Notes: generated by a model not told the origin, from the letters alone. Positions 1 to 10,701 are shown, counted from the first letter of the stretch. The stretch is DNA of 64,000 nucleotides from Spirochaetia bacterium (GCA_965198005.1 CBDAOI010000003.1:672001-736000), one strand, 5' to 3'. Numbers and translations: made by a program.

Positions 1-138
1 CTCGGATTTGGACTGCCTCCCGAAGTGCCGAGCTGGGGCGGCATGCTGAGCCGGGAAGGGCGCAAGTACATGGAGCAGGCGCCATGGCTGGCTCTCTGGC
101 CCGGCCTGTGCCTGACCATCGTCGTCTACAGTCTGAAC
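1..138 (+). pseudogene. OppC/DppC-type ABC permease, C-terminal fragment cut by fusion to IS4 transposase
   Basis: Frame 1 reads LGFGLPPEVPSWGGMLSREGRKYMEQAPWLALWPGLCLTIVVYSLN, matching the intact OppC paralogues, then switches to transposase. Confidence 0.85.
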
Positions 139-1340
139 TGGCCCGAATACCCGCTGTTCTGCCGGGCGGTGCGCGACTCTCGGACTATCTGAGCGTCGGC
201 GTCATCGCGCAGGTGTTTCCGTTGCCGGCCGTGCGGGCAGCGCTTGATGAGAGCGGTCGGCGCAGCCAGCGACAGCGGTCACTGCCGGCGGAGGTGATGG
301 TCTACTACGTCATCGCGATGGCGCTGTTTCGGTCGGTATCGGCGCGTGAAGTATTGCGCTGCCTGGTGGACGGGTTGCGCTGGATGGCGACCAGTATGCC
401 GGTCCGGGTATCGGGCAAGTCGTCGATTTCGCGGGCGCGGACGCGGCTGGGCACGGCGCCGTTCGAGGCGCTGTGCCGCGCGCAGGTGGAGGTAGTGGCG
501 GACTCCCAGACGCGCGGGGCATGGTACCGTGGACGGCGGCTGGTGGCGTTCGACGGATCGACGCTGGACGTGCCGGATGAGAGCGAGAATCGGGAGACCT
601 TCGGGTTGCCGGGCAGTGGCCGCGGGCAAGCGGCGTTTCCCCAGGTACGGCTGACCGCGATGGTGGAAGTGGGCACGCGGGCGGCCTTTGCCTGGCACCG
701 GGGGCCGTTGCGGGAATCGGAGGAGGAGCAAGCGGAAGCGTTACTCAGCCATTTGACGGCCGGGATGCTGGTGCTGGCGGATCGGGGCTACTTCGGGTTC
801 CCGCTGTGGCTACGAGCAACGCAGACCGGTGCCGACCTGCTATGGCGGGTGATGGCTCGGAACCACTTGCCGGTCCTGGAACGGCTTGCTGACGGGTCCT
901 TTCGCAGTATCGTCCGTGGCAGCGGCCAGGACCGTAGGCGCAGCCGGGGAGAGTGTCCGATCCGGGTCGTGGAGTATCGGATCGCAGGTGAAAGCGACGA
1001 AGTGTTCCGGCTCGCCACCACCCTGCTCGATCCCGAGCAAGCCCCGGCCACCGAATTGGCGGCCCTCTATCACGAACGCTGGGAGAGCGAGAACGCCTAT
1101 GACGAGGTCAAGACTCACCTGCTCGGACCCGGCGCAGTGCTGCGCAGCAAGACCCCGAACCTCGTGCGCCAGGAGGTGGACGGACTGATGCTGGCGTATT
1201 ACGCGGTGCGCCGTCTGATCCACGCTGCGGCCCGCCAAGCCGACGAGGACCCGGATCGACTATCGTTCGTGCATGCCGTCCAGGTCGTGCGCCGCCGGGT
1301 TCAGAACCCCGGCGCTTTTCCCCCCGGCGGATCAGGGTAA
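138..1340 (+). CDS. IS4 family transposase
   Basis: (M)ARIPAVLP N-terminus, RLVAFDGST, VLADRGY, YHERWESENAYDEVK DDE motifs; ORF-track residues before ~138 are out-of-frame oppC; no left IR seen. Confidence 0.85.
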   Translation: MARIPAVLPGGARLSDYLSVGVIAQVFPLPAVRAALDESGRRSQRQRSLPAEVMVYYVIAMALFRSVSAREVLRCLVDGLRWMATSMPVRVSGKSSISRARTRLGTAPFEALCRAQVEVVADSQTRGAWYRGRRLVAFDGSTLDVPDESENRETFGLPGSGRGQAAFPQVRLTAMVEVGTRAAFAWHRGPLRESEEEQAEALLSHLTAGMLVLADRGYFGFPLWLRATQTGADLLWRVMARNHLPVLERLADGSFRSIVRGSGQDRRRSRGECPIRVVEYRIAGESDEVFRLATTLLDPEQAPATELAALYHERWESENAYDEVKTHLLGPGAVLRSKTPNLVRQEVDGLMLAYYAVRRLIHAAARQADEDPDRLSFVHAVQVVRRRVQNPGAFPPGGSG

Positions 1341-1466
1341 ACGGCTTGGTACGATCTGGGTCTAAGATACCGGTACTTCCTTCCCGCCCTATGTCCATCA
1401 GCTGTTCGCGATGGTATCGATACGGGGATACGGGAAACTATCCTGTCCGGTCTTGGGGTTGCTTCC

Positions 1467-2033
1467 AGGCCGGACACCTGGGATAGGAGCCTGGCTGATT
1501 GGGAATGGATAATGGGCGTGAATTTCTGGGGTGTGCTCTACGGGGTACGCACATTCATCCCCATCATGATGAAACAGGAGACCGACTGTCACATCATTAA
1601 TGTCTCGTCAGGTGCTGGACTTGCACCGGGAGGACGGAATACGCTCTATGCTGTTTCAAAGCACGGTGTAGTCGTCCTTTCGGAAGCGCTCTACTTTCAA
1701 CTTGCCAAGCAAGCTCCTCATATCAAAGTGTCGGTCTATTGTCCTATGTGGGTCAGTAGCGAGCTAGATGATACTGTTGAGCGTAACCGCCCTAGTGACC
1801 AGCCGCCCCCTCCACTAACTCCAGAAGCGAAAGCAGAGTGGCGGAAGTCACTCGCCACGGGTATATCTATCGAGGAATCGGCAGATGTTCTCTTTAGGGG
1901 TATTGTGGAAGACAAGTTGTACATCGGGCCAAAAGGGTTCCCCGCCAGTGCCGACCCGGAATCGTTGATATCGGCGATACGAACAAGGGCGGAGAACATT
2001 ATCGACGAGCGCAACCCGGAACTGCCGTCCTGA
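1467..2033 (+). pseudogene. Short-chain dehydrogenase/reductase, 5'-truncated
   Basis: DWEWIMGVNFWG, IINVSS, YAVSK catalytic motif; no N-terminal GxxxGxG. Confidence 0.8.
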
Positions 2034-2115
2034 TGCGTAAGGACAATATTCAGGTCAACGCCATTCTGCCCAGTGGCGAACACCCAAAAAAACAGCCAAA
2101 CATGGAGGTAACACT

Positions 2116-3135
2116 ATGGCAAAGACAGTATCGACGCTTTCCGACGACCTTGCGTCGGCGATCGAATCGGCAGGACCCGGGGTCGTGCGTGTGGAGGCGA
2201 CACGTCGCCTGGGGGCATGCGGCCTGGCAACTGGCTTCGTCTGGTCGCCTGATGGGGTCATCGTCACTGCTCACCACGTCGTTGAACGAGACGACAACAT
2301 TAAGGTTGGCCTTGCCGACGACCCCGCCAGTTCGGTGCCCGCAACCCTTGTGGGGCGCGACCCGACTAGCGATATCGCGGTCCTGCGCACCGACGCCAGG
2401 GACCTCACGCCGCTATCATGGGCCGATCAGAGAGTCCCTGCCAACGATATTTCTATCGCCGGTTACACCGAATTCGCGGACAACATACGAGTCGGGCACG
2501 TGGTGTTTGCTCTGGGAAGACCCAGCAAGACCGTCCAGGCAAACCTGGGAATCGTCGGCGCGTTCGGGTTTGCGGGTCGCTACTTGGTGACCGATGTCGT
2601 GATGGACCCCGGGTTCCCCGGCGGGCCTCTGGTCGATGCCAACGGAAAGTTGTTGGGATTGAACACCACCGCTCGTCAGCGGTACGGATTCAACGTCGCA
2701 CTGGGGAAGCCTATGTTGAGCCCTGTCGTCGATGCGCTGCTATCCGAGGGGCACATCCGCAGGGGCCAGATCGGGGTTGGGACTCAGCCAGCCCGGTTGC
2801 CCGACGGGCTCGCAAAGGAGCTGGGTCAGGAGAGCGGACTGCTACTGGTCTCGGTGGAGCCGGGCAGTCCTGCCGATAAGGGCGGCCTGCTCCTGGGCGA
2901 CATCATCGTCGGCCTGCACGGGGTTCCTGTGGGGAGCCATTATGACACTGGTCACAAGCTGGACGACCTCCTCAGTCACCAGGGTGCCCCAACCGCTCGT
3001 TGGTTATGGGCGATGACTTACTTGATCCATTCACAGTTGCTGAGCGACGCGACGACTGGGAAAGAACTGTCAGTAGAGATAGTGCGTGGAGGCACAGTCC
3101 GGGCGCTTCGGGTGGTAATCGACGAGCAGAGCTAG
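2116..3135 (+). CDS. S1C (HtrA/DegP-like) trypsin protease + PDZ; catalytic Ser position is Pro
   Basis: VTAHHVV, DPTSDIAV, PGFPGGPL, PDZ-like SVEPGSPADKGGLLLGDII; GGAGG SD upstream. Confidence 0.85.
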   Translation: MAKTVSTLSDDLASAIESAGPGVVRVEATRRLGACGLATGFVWSPDGVIVTAHHVVERDDNIKVGLADDPASSVPATLVGRDPTSDIAVLRTDARDLTPLSWADQRVPANDISIAGYTEFADNIRVGHVVFALGRPSKTVQANLGIVGAFGFAGRYLVTDVVMDPGFPGGPLVDANGKLLGLNTTARQRYGFNVALGKPMLSPVVDALLSEGHIRRGQIGVGTQPARLPDGLAKELGQESGLLLVSVEPGSPADKGGLLLGDIIVGLHGVPVGSHYDTGHKLDDLLSHQGAPTARWLWAMTYLIHSQLLSDATTGKELSVEIVRGGTVRALRVVIDEQS

Positions 3136-3137
3136 GT

Positions 3138-4346
3138 GGGTCGACAGGCAAGCAATAACGGCCCCGCTCTCCACAGAAATCGCCGAAGTTGTGGAGTAAG
3201 TGTGCGGCAGCCTCGTGCAGATATAGTAGCGTAGCCAGGCTCAGGGATAGTGCGTTCTTGAGGCGCGCTTGGCTTGATATGGAAATCTCAGTTATGGAGG
3301 TAACAGATGTCAGGAGCACTCGAACAACGCCCCTTCGGAAACACCGGTGAGAAGGTCACCGTTATCGGTTTGGGAGGCGCTTTTCTCTACAAACACTCCT
3401 TTGAGCAAGGGGTAGAAACGGTCAAACATGCGTTGGAGCTAGGTGTCAACTATTTCGATACCTCTCCAGCGTACGGAAGACGGAGGGATGGCAAGTGGAT
3501 CAGCAGGGGTGAATCGCAGTTAATCATGGGTGAGGGTCTTGACGGGAGTACGAAACCGCATCTACTTGCGACCAAGCTACATAAGTGCCGCTCAGTAGAA
3601 GATTTCCGCGCCCAAATACAAGAGAACCTACATGCCCTGCGTCGTGATAGGGTCGATATACTCCAGGCGCACGACATCGAGCGGGCATACTTATGGAAGC
3701 CCGACCGCCAGAGTACTGACATGCTGAACCTTGATGAGGAGCTAGACTTCGAGAACGCCCCGGTGATACAGGCGATGCGTGAAGCAAAGAAGCAAGGGCT
3801 CTGCAGTTTCATTGGTATCAGCTCACAGTGGTCCGAAATGATAGTCCACGTCCTGAAGCATGTAAGGCTAGACATGTGTCTCTCTGCCATGGAGTATTCG
3901 CTGTATAACCGACGTTCCCCGCATGTGGTGTTGCCGTTCATTCGTGAGCAGGGGGTTGCTTATGTCGTAGGAGGGATATTCGCCATACATCGTAGACATT
4001 TGCAGCCTTCCGCAGAAGATATTTGTGGATCGGCATTCTCCGATGAGCGCCTGCTCAAGTTGGCGGAGACGACGGGCATGTCGATCGCGACGTTGACGGT
4101 TCGTTTCTTGATAGCGAATCAGGAGGTTTCGACCATTCTGGTGGGTGCGTCCACACCCGAGGAGATCGAGGAAAGCGTCGTGGCCGCGCAGGCAGGTCCG
4201 CTACCGCCCGACCTTCATCAGACCCTTGAGGAAGTGGGATCGAATACCGGCTTCTATGATATAGTCTCGTAGGATAATGATGAGAGATTATGTCAGGAAG
4301 AGGGTCGACATGCAAGCAATAACGGCACAGCTCCCCACAGAAATCG
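3138..4346. repeat. ~45-bp imperfect direct repeat (3138-3182 and 4302-4346) bracketing the aldo/keto reductase
   Basis: gggtcgacaggcaagcaataacggccccgctctccacagaaatcg vs gggtcgacatgcaagcaataacggcacagctccccacagaaatcg. Confidence 0.8.
3307..4272 (+). CDS. Aldo/keto reductase
   Basis: RPFGNTGEKVTVIGLGG, GVNYFDTSPAYG, LATK, DILQAH, TILVGA; GGAGG SD. Confidence 0.9.
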   Translation: MSGALEQRPFGNTGEKVTVIGLGGAFLYKHSFEQGVETVKHALELGVNYFDTSPAYGRRRDGKWISRGESQLIMGEGLDGSTKPHLLATKLHKCRSVEDFRAQIQENLHALRRDRVDILQAHDIERAYLWKPDRQSTDMLNLDEELDFENAPVIQAMREAKKQGLCSFIGISSQWSEMIVHVLKHVRLDMCLSAMEYSLYNRRSPHVVLPFIREQGVAYVVGGIFAIHRRHLQPSAEDICGSAFSDERLLKLAETTGMSIATLTVRFLIANQEVSTILVGASTPEEIEESVVAAQAGPLPPDLHQTLEEVGSNTGFYDIVS

Positions 4347-4420
4347 ATTAAGACGACCGCGGTGTCCACCGAACCGGGGGCGCTACAATTGGAACCGCTC
4401 AGCAAGGTATTGAATAGACG

Positions 4421-4470
4421 ATGAAGACCTATATAATAAGAAGATTATTGCTATTCATACCCACCCTTTT
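4421..4470 (+). pseudogene. OppB-type permease N-terminal stub
   Basis: MKTYIIRRLLLFIPTLL, then unrelated sequence. Confidence 0.75.
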
Positions 4471-4472
4471 AA

Positions 4473-4555
4473 CACCCCGGGCTCACGCCGCGCGTGCGTG
4501 CGGTTCTTTCAGTATCATGTTCACCTCCTTCTTGGGGCACAGAGTGCCCTGCCAG
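4473..4555 (-). repeat. Partial third copy of leader A (SD + MILKEPHARAA uORF at 4483-4518)
   Basis: Near-identical to 12994-13076 and 60291-60373. Confidence 0.85.
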
Positions 4556-4594
4556 CACCTCAGTTGGGGCCCCAAAAAGAGGGAGCAACTTGCG

Positions 4595-5008
4595 CGTGCT
4601 GTGTTGGAGATCCCCGGCACATCAATCACGAAGCGGCGCATCGCTGGTTCCGGGGCTGGCACCGGCGTGTCGCGCTGGGCGACCTGTTCAGTGACGGAGA
4701 ACGGCTGTGTGCGTATTCTCACCAACCCCGCCTACCCGACGGTCTCTGCCACACCCTCGGAGGTGCTGACGCGTTTGCAGCGGTTTTGCGATTCGGGGGG
4801 ACATTCTTTCTGGTCGGATGATGTCGCGCTGCGCACCGCCCTGGATGGCGCCGGCAAGGAGCGCCTCCACGGTTATCGACAGGTCACCGACTTTCACCTT
4901 GCAGCGCTGTCTGCTGCACGCGGCGGACAGCTGGCCACATTCGACGGCCGGCTGGAACGCTCCCTTGCCGGCACCGGCCTCGCGAACGCGGTGGCGCTGG
5001 TCCAGTAG
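4595..5008 (+). pseudogene. VapC/PIN toxin, 5'-truncated and frameshifted
   Basis: DPRHINHEAAHRWF / WATCSVTENGCVRILTNP...QVTDFHLAAL...LATFD. Confidence 0.75.
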
Positions 5009-5583
5009 TCATCCGGCCAGCGCGATGTCCCCAGTTTGGGCGGGCGAGATTCTCATTGACACCGCCGCCGGCAAGATCTGGCTGATGTGGCCGAGCCGAG
5101 GCTGCATCGAGACAGGGACAATGGCGGACGAGGGGGACTGGAGCCGGGCCACATTCGAGGGGATTCGTAGGCGCCACCGCGCTGTGAATCGGCAGGCAAA
5201 GTGACCCCAGGTCGGCATCCAAAGGGACCCCCCTTCCCGGCTGGTCGTTTAGGTTGTACTACCGGGCGAGTATTGAGTCAACCCTGACCTCTCGTTCGGG
5301 GACTGCGGTCTGTCGTCATTGGGAGATAAACAGCGATCGGCGATTGTCGTCTGGTAGCGTGCGTGTGTAGATCGAATCCAAGCAGTGCAGCACACGCCGG
5401 GGAATCCGCGCGGGACGAGCCCCTGCGTGGCGGCGGAGAGGGTAGCGCACGGCAGTGGAGGTGCGCGCATCGGAGCGAGCGCGGCAAGGTTGGTGTTGCG
5501 ACCGGGCAGAAGATACCCGGACCGGTGGGAGACGCCTGCGGGATCGAGGGTGAAACCCACGGTTTTGGGCGATTCTGCGTGGC

Positions 5584-5644
5584 GCGACAATCAGGATGAG
5601 AATCGGGCGACAATCACGATGAGAATCAATGTCGCAACGAGACA
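5584..5644 (-). mobile_element. Possible orphan transposon end (TGT terminus + tandem 21-bp sites)
   Basis: gcgacaatca(g/c)gatgagaatc twice at 23-bp period, then aatgtcgc and ...gagaca (TGT on - strand). Confidence 0.4.
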
Positions 5645-6067
5645 CCGGGTGGCGTAGGTCGGTTGGGTTGTGCAAGGGGGGTCGGGTCCGAGGCCGAGAT
5701 CGTCGGCGTAGCGGCGCGCGGTGCTGCCTGTCCGAGCAGCCTCGAACTCGACCGGCGAGCGGCTCGCGGTTGGACCTCCGGAGCGCCGCGCCGCGCCCCT
5801 CCTGTACGGATTTGGGAGGAGCGTAGCGGAGGGTCGGACCTGACCCCGTCCGGAAATCAGCCTCCAAGTGGCTTGTTCGCGCCAGACGGGTGGCTTTTTT
5901 TTCTGGACGGCTGGCTCTCTCAAATCGGAATCAGGGGCTTTGCACGGGAGAATCTGCACGTAGCGACCGTGAGGAGTCCCTGGCGGCACCGTAGCGGCCC
6001 CAGGGGCCGCCGGGGGCCGGCCAAGTCAGGACTTGAGGAACTAAAGCGGGCGTGCTGCGGGTTTCCC

Positions 6068-6305
6068 TCAGTCACGCCCGAACCCGCGCGGCGGTTCGAC
6101 GCTCTCCAGTTCGGCAAGCTCAAGGGCGCAAATCGCCTGCAGCTGGTGAGCGAGCGCGGACTCCCCGAGATTGTCGGGCAGGTTGTCGAGCCACGCCTGG
6201 TACTCACCCTGGAGGTCGAGCAGGGTGCGCACCGCCTCCTGCCAGCGCTGCGGTCGCGACCTGCGGTCCTGCGGCGTGCGGTAATGCAGGCGCGGCTGAG
6301 TGGGA
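6068..6305 (-). pseudogene. Small hypothetical protein, C-terminal part (ends PPRGFGRD)
   Basis: Coherent helical ORF RRSRPQRWQEAV...WLDNLPDNL; 5' end replaced by oppC sequence. Confidence 0.5.
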
Positions 6306-6956
6306 CGGGACTTCCTCAGCCGCAACATCTACGGTGCGCGCCTGTCGCTGCTGGTCGGCTTCGCGGCCACCGCGGTGGCGGTGCTGGTGGCCACCGCCGT
6401 CGGCGGCCTGTCGGGGTTCGTCGGCGGGCGACTCGACCTGCTGACGCAGAGATTCGTCGATGCCTGGATGGCGTTTCCGGGACTTCTCCTGCTCATGACC
6501 ATCATGTCGATCCTGGGTACCGGTGCGCCGCAAATCATCATCGTGCTGGGCCTGACCTACGGCATCGGCAGCTCGCGCGTCATCCGGGGCGCGGTGATCG
6601 CCGTCAAGGAGAACGCCTACTTCCAGGCCGCCAGGGCCGTCGGCAATCCTGGGTGGCGCACGATGCTGCGCCATGTGCTGCCGAACGTGTTCGCCCCCAT
6701 CATCATCACCGAGGCCAGCTTGAGCTTTCTCGGCTTCGGGCTGCCCTTGAGCGTTCCCAGCTGGGGCGGCCTGCTGAGCCGTGAGGGGCGCCGCTACATG
6801 CAGGTGGCGCCGTGGCTGGCCATGTGGCCCGGCATCTTCCTCACCATCGTGGTGTACAGCTTCAACATGTTCGGAGACGCGGTGCGCGACCTGCTCGACC
6901 CGAGGCTGCGGGGTGGTGGCGGGCGGCTGGGTGCCGATGCCGCCAGGGCGGTTTGA
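6305..6956 (+). pseudogene. OppC permease, 5'-truncated with internal deletion
   Basis: Close paralogue of 29771-30733; FAPIII-TEASL lacks about 11 residues between catcat repeats. Confidence 0.85.
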
Positions 6957-6980
6957 CAGCGCGCGCATGCGCTCCGCACC

Positions 6981-7200
6981 CGGTGTCACGCCGGATGCAC
7001 GCTGACCTGGACCCGTGGTTCTATCCGCTGCCCGCGGGTGGCATGGTTGTTGCTGTTCCGGAGGCGTGACCGGAACGCGGCCGACCAGGTCGACGAGCGC
7101 CGGGCTGTGCATGGGCGTGACCTGGCCGCTCAGCTCGAAGCAGCGCCTGGCATCGTAGTGTCGGCGCATCATCGGGCACCGTAGACCGAGTCGGCGAAGT
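6981..7200 (+). repeat. Dispersed repeat R, copy 1 (downstream of oppC)
   Basis: Reverse complement of 8320-8582; partial copy at 16252-16372. Confidence 0.8.
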
Positions 7201-7435
7201 AGGTGGTCCCGTAGAGCTGCTCCGACAAGCGCGCCAGGTACTCGCCCGAGCGACCGTTGGATAAGCCGTGTGACCAAGGACTGCGGGCGCTGCTGTCATG
7301 ACTTCCGTCGATACCCGAAATCCCCAATCCTATGTGTTGTGGACCGAGCGCTGAACGAGATCGTGTTCAGCGAAACACAGGGCAGACGGACGTCGTCATG
7401 CAGGCCGTTGAGGAGGTTCTTGAGCGAGCGTGAGC

Positions 7436-7870
7436 GTGCGTGTGGTGCTCGACACTGGGATCCTCATTGCCGCTCTGATCACACGGGACACACCGCCAGA
7501 CCAAATGTACCAGCTCTGGCGTAAGCGACGGTTTACACTGATCACGTCGGAACCGCAGCTGAGCGAGTTCCGGCGCGTCACCCGCTATCCGAAGTGTATC
7601 GTTTCTGAAGCCTCACGAAGCAGGAACGCTGCTAAGGCTAAGGGGGTTGCGCGCCAGAGCCGACATCGTCTCAGAGCTTCCACAGATCGACCTTGTCGAT
7701 GACGCCGGCGACAATCTCTTGCTCGCCACTGCGGTCGCCGGCGATGCTGATCATCTCGCCAACGGAGATCGGCGTCACCTCTTGCGCCTGAAGAAGGTGC
7801 AGCGGGCGAGGATCCTGACGGCACGCGAGTTTGGCAGCGCTGCTCGACTGACCGGTCCCGACGAACGGGC
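7436..7870 (+). pseudogene. PIN-family TA toxin, frameshifted; antitoxin remnant just upstream
   Basis: MRVVLDTGILIAALIT...RYPK / DDAGDNLLLATAVAGDADHLANGDRRHLL. Confidence 0.8.
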
Positions 7871-8319
7871 CGGCGCCGCCAGCGGGCCTTTTCCCCAAAG
7901 TCGCTGGTCGCGCCGCTTATGCCACAGTTTCGTGCGTGGCGGCCGATGAGAGGGATGGGCACGGTTGCAGGAGCGGTGGCGATTCCCCGAGGTCAGTGGT
8001 GTTGTTCCCCGAGCGGCCTGCCGACGGTCGGTGGGGAGCGGGTTCACGGCTCGTGTGTCGTGGCCTCCCAGCCGCCGGCTACTGCCGGGTGGTGGCCTCC
8101 GACCTTCGCCACGATGATGCACAGACCCTGCAATGCCAGTCGCCGCTTTCAGACTGACCGGTTCGGTCAGCGGGTTCCATGACCCGTCGCTGGTGAGCGT
8201 GATGGGTGGTGACTCCGGACGCGCGCAATCGCCCCGCCCTCCATGGCGCGGGAACGCCTGTGTTGGGCCCCATGGACGGGGCCCACGAAACGGACGACGC
8301 CTCAGTCGTGTGATGAGTC

Positions 8320-8582
8320 ACTTCGCCGACTCGGTCTGCGGTGCCTAATGACGCGCCGACACTACGATGCCTGGCGCTGCTTCGAGCTGACCGGCCAGGT
8401 CACGCCTATACACAGTGCGGCGCTCCGTCGACCTGGTCGGGCGCGTTCCGGGCGCGCCTCCGGAGTTGCCAACGGGCTCCCAGCCCACGACGTCCCTGTC
8501 GCGGTCCGCGAGCTACATGCCACCCGTGGCGGCAGGGAGGGCGCCATCGGGTGGAGGTCACCGTGCATCCGGCGTGACACCG
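8320..8582 (-). repeat. Dispersed repeat R, copy 2 (downstream of the convergent oppC)
   Basis: Inverted match to 6981-7200. Confidence 0.8.
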
Positions 8583-8773
8583 CGGGGCTGCCGGTCGGCC
8601 GCGCACGCACAGGTCGGTGCGGCGGCGGTGGCGAAGCCGAAGGATGCCCGCGCCGGGGTGATCGAGCGCGAAGACATCTGGGGCCGATCCGTCGCACCTC
8701 GCCTTGCTGACTGGGCTGGACGGGCACCCACGCGCAGGCGCGTGCTCACCTGCGCTGCCGCAGGTGGGCCTTC

Positions 8774-9706
8774 TTAGACCGACCTGGCGGCAGCGTCACC
8801 GACACGGCCCCCACCACCCCGCAGCCGCGGGTCGAGCAGGTCGCGCATGGCATCACCGAACATGTTCAGACTGTACACGACGAGGGTCAGGCAGAGACCT
8901 GGCCAGATTGCGAGCCAAGGCGCCTGCTCCATGTACCGCCGGCCCTCCCAGCTGAGCAGAGTACCCCAGCTAGGAACCTCGGGAGGCAGACCGAATCCGA
9001 GGAAGCTCAGAGAAGCCTCACTCATAATCGCCCCCCCGATGTTGATGCTGAAGATGATGATCAGCGGCGCCCCGATATTGGGCAGGACGTGGCGGGTAAA
9101 TGCTCTCCATTTTGCAGAGCCAATCGACGCTGCCGCCTGAAAATAGTCGTTCTCCTTTACGGTGATAACGGCGCCTCTGACTACTCTCGAGCCACCGATG
9201 CCTCCTGATATCCCCAGGACCAGGATCATCTGGGGCACACCCTGCCCCAACATGGACATGATGGTCAGCAGCAGGAGCAGTCCCGGAAAAGCCATCCAGG
9301 CATCGACAAATCTCTGCACACCCAGGTCCAGCTTACCACCGAGGAATCCGGAAATGCCGCCGATGAGGACGGCGACGACGACATTGAGCGTGGTCGCGGA
9401 CAGCCCGACAAGCATCGAAAGACGAGCCCCGTAGATGAGGCGGCTCAAGTAGTCTCGCCCCAACTGGTCGGTACCCAGCAGATACCGGGCCGATGCGCCC
9501 TGCAGCCTGTCTACCAGGTGCATTTCAGTGTAGCCATAGGGAGCCAGAACATCGGCGAAGACGGCCACCAGAATCAACAGCAATACGATAATCCCGCAGG
9601 CAGTACCCAGTGGCTTCTCTCTCCACAGACTGACAAAGAAATCGGCCAGCCCGGTAGCTCTCCTTGGCTCGCTTGCTACTGTGCGTATACCCGAGGCGTT
9701 ACTCAT
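8774..9706 (-). CDS. Peptide/nickel ABC permease OppC/DppC (cassette 1)
   Basis: LLGTDQLGRD, RHVLPN, EASLSFLGFG, NMFGDAMRDLLDPR. Confidence 0.95.
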   Translation of the reverse strand: MSNASGIRTVASEPRRATGLADFFVSLWREKPLGTACGIIVLLLILVAVFADVLAPYGYTEMHLVDRLQGASARYLLGTDQLGRDYLSRLIYGARLSMLVGLSATTLNVVVAVLIGGISGFLGGKLDLGVQRFVDAWMAFPGLLLLLTIMSMLGQGVPQMILVLGISGGIGGSRVVRGAVITVKENDYFQAAASIGSAKWRAFTRHVLPNIGAPLIIIFSINIGGAIMSEASLSFLGFGLPPEVPSWGTLLSWEGRRYMEQAPWLAIWPGLCLTLVVYSLNMFGDAMRDLLDPRLRGGGGRVGDAAARSV

Positions 9707-9721
9707 GATCGCTGCTTTCTC

Positions 9722-10687
9722 TCATTGATAGCGGACTCTAGGATCCAAGAAAGGGTAGATCAGGTCGATCAGGAGATTGAACAGCACCACCGCGGTGCCG
9801 AAAAACAGGTTTACTCCGGAGACCACCGGGTAGTCTCTCTGCTCGAGCGCAAGCACCATGAGACGACCGAGCCCCGGCAGATTGAATATGTTCTCCATGA
9901 TAACGGCGCCACCCACCAGGATCGGCAACTGCAGACCGATCAGCGTGACAACCGGGATGAGGGCATTCTTGATGGCGTGCCGCATGACGACGACCCGCTC
10001 CCTCAGTCCCTTGGACCAGGCGGTCCTGATAAAATCCTGCCGGAGCACCTCCAGCATCATGGTGCGCGTCATCCGCATGGTGGCTGCAGCCGAGGCAGTC
10101 CCCAGAATCAGGCTGGGAATGAGGAGCACCCCCAGGTTCCCCAGCGGGTCTTCGGCGAACGGAACCCACAGCACCGGTGGGGACCAGCCCCACCAGAGTG
10201 CCGGGAACAGCATGACCATGAGTCCCAGCCAGAAGTTCGGCGTAGCCAGGCCGACGATGGCGATGGAGCGCCCCAGGTAGTCGGCGGCCGTATCCTGTCG
10301 AATCGCCGAGTAGATGCCGACGGGGAGGGCGATCAACAGCCCGATTACGATTGCCATGACACCAAGCTGAATGGTCAACGGCAATCTGCCTACTATCCTC
10401 TCCTCCACCGTCCAACCGCCAAGCAGTGATTCGCCAAGAGTGCCGTGCAGTAACATATTTCCTATCCAGCGTCCATACTGCACGTAGACAGGCACGTCTA
10501 ATCCCAGCATACGCTCAAGAGCTTCACGGTCAATCTCCGCGCCCCCGGCACCTAGCAGTATCATCTCAGAAACCATTCTGTCTATTATATCGCCGGGGAT
10601 GAAGCGGATCGAGAGAAATACGAGGACGGTCAATATGAACAGGGTGGGGATTATCAGCATTAACCGCCTGATGATATAGGCTCTCAT
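9722..10687 (-). CDS. Peptide/nickel ABC permease OppB/DppB (cassette 1)
   Basis: MRAYIIRRL, QDFIRTAWSKGL, RHAIKNALIP, RDYPVV, LDPRVRY. Confidence 0.95.
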   Translation of the reverse strand: MRAYIIRRLMLIIPTLFILTVLVFLSIRFIPGDIIDRMVSEMILLGAGGAEIDREALERMLGLDVPVYVQYGRWIGNMLLHGTLGESLLGGWTVEERIVGRLPLTIQLGVMAIVIGLLIALPVGIYSAIRQDTAADYLGRSIAIVGLATPNFWLGLMVMLFPALWWGWSPPVLWVPFAEDPLGNLGVLLIPSLILGTASAAATMRMTRTMMLEVLRQDFIRTAWSKGLRERVVVMRHAIKNALIPVVTLIGLQLPILVGGAVIMENIFNLPGLGRLMVLALEQRDYPVVSGVNLFFGTAVVLFNLLIDLIYPFLDPRVRYQ

Positions 10688-10701
10688 GTCACACCCCTCC
10701 T

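Noticed and set aside
6981-8582. Composite transposon bounded by inverted repeats
   Set aside because: No transposase or TSD; inversion is explained by two convergent oppC genes sharing a trailer
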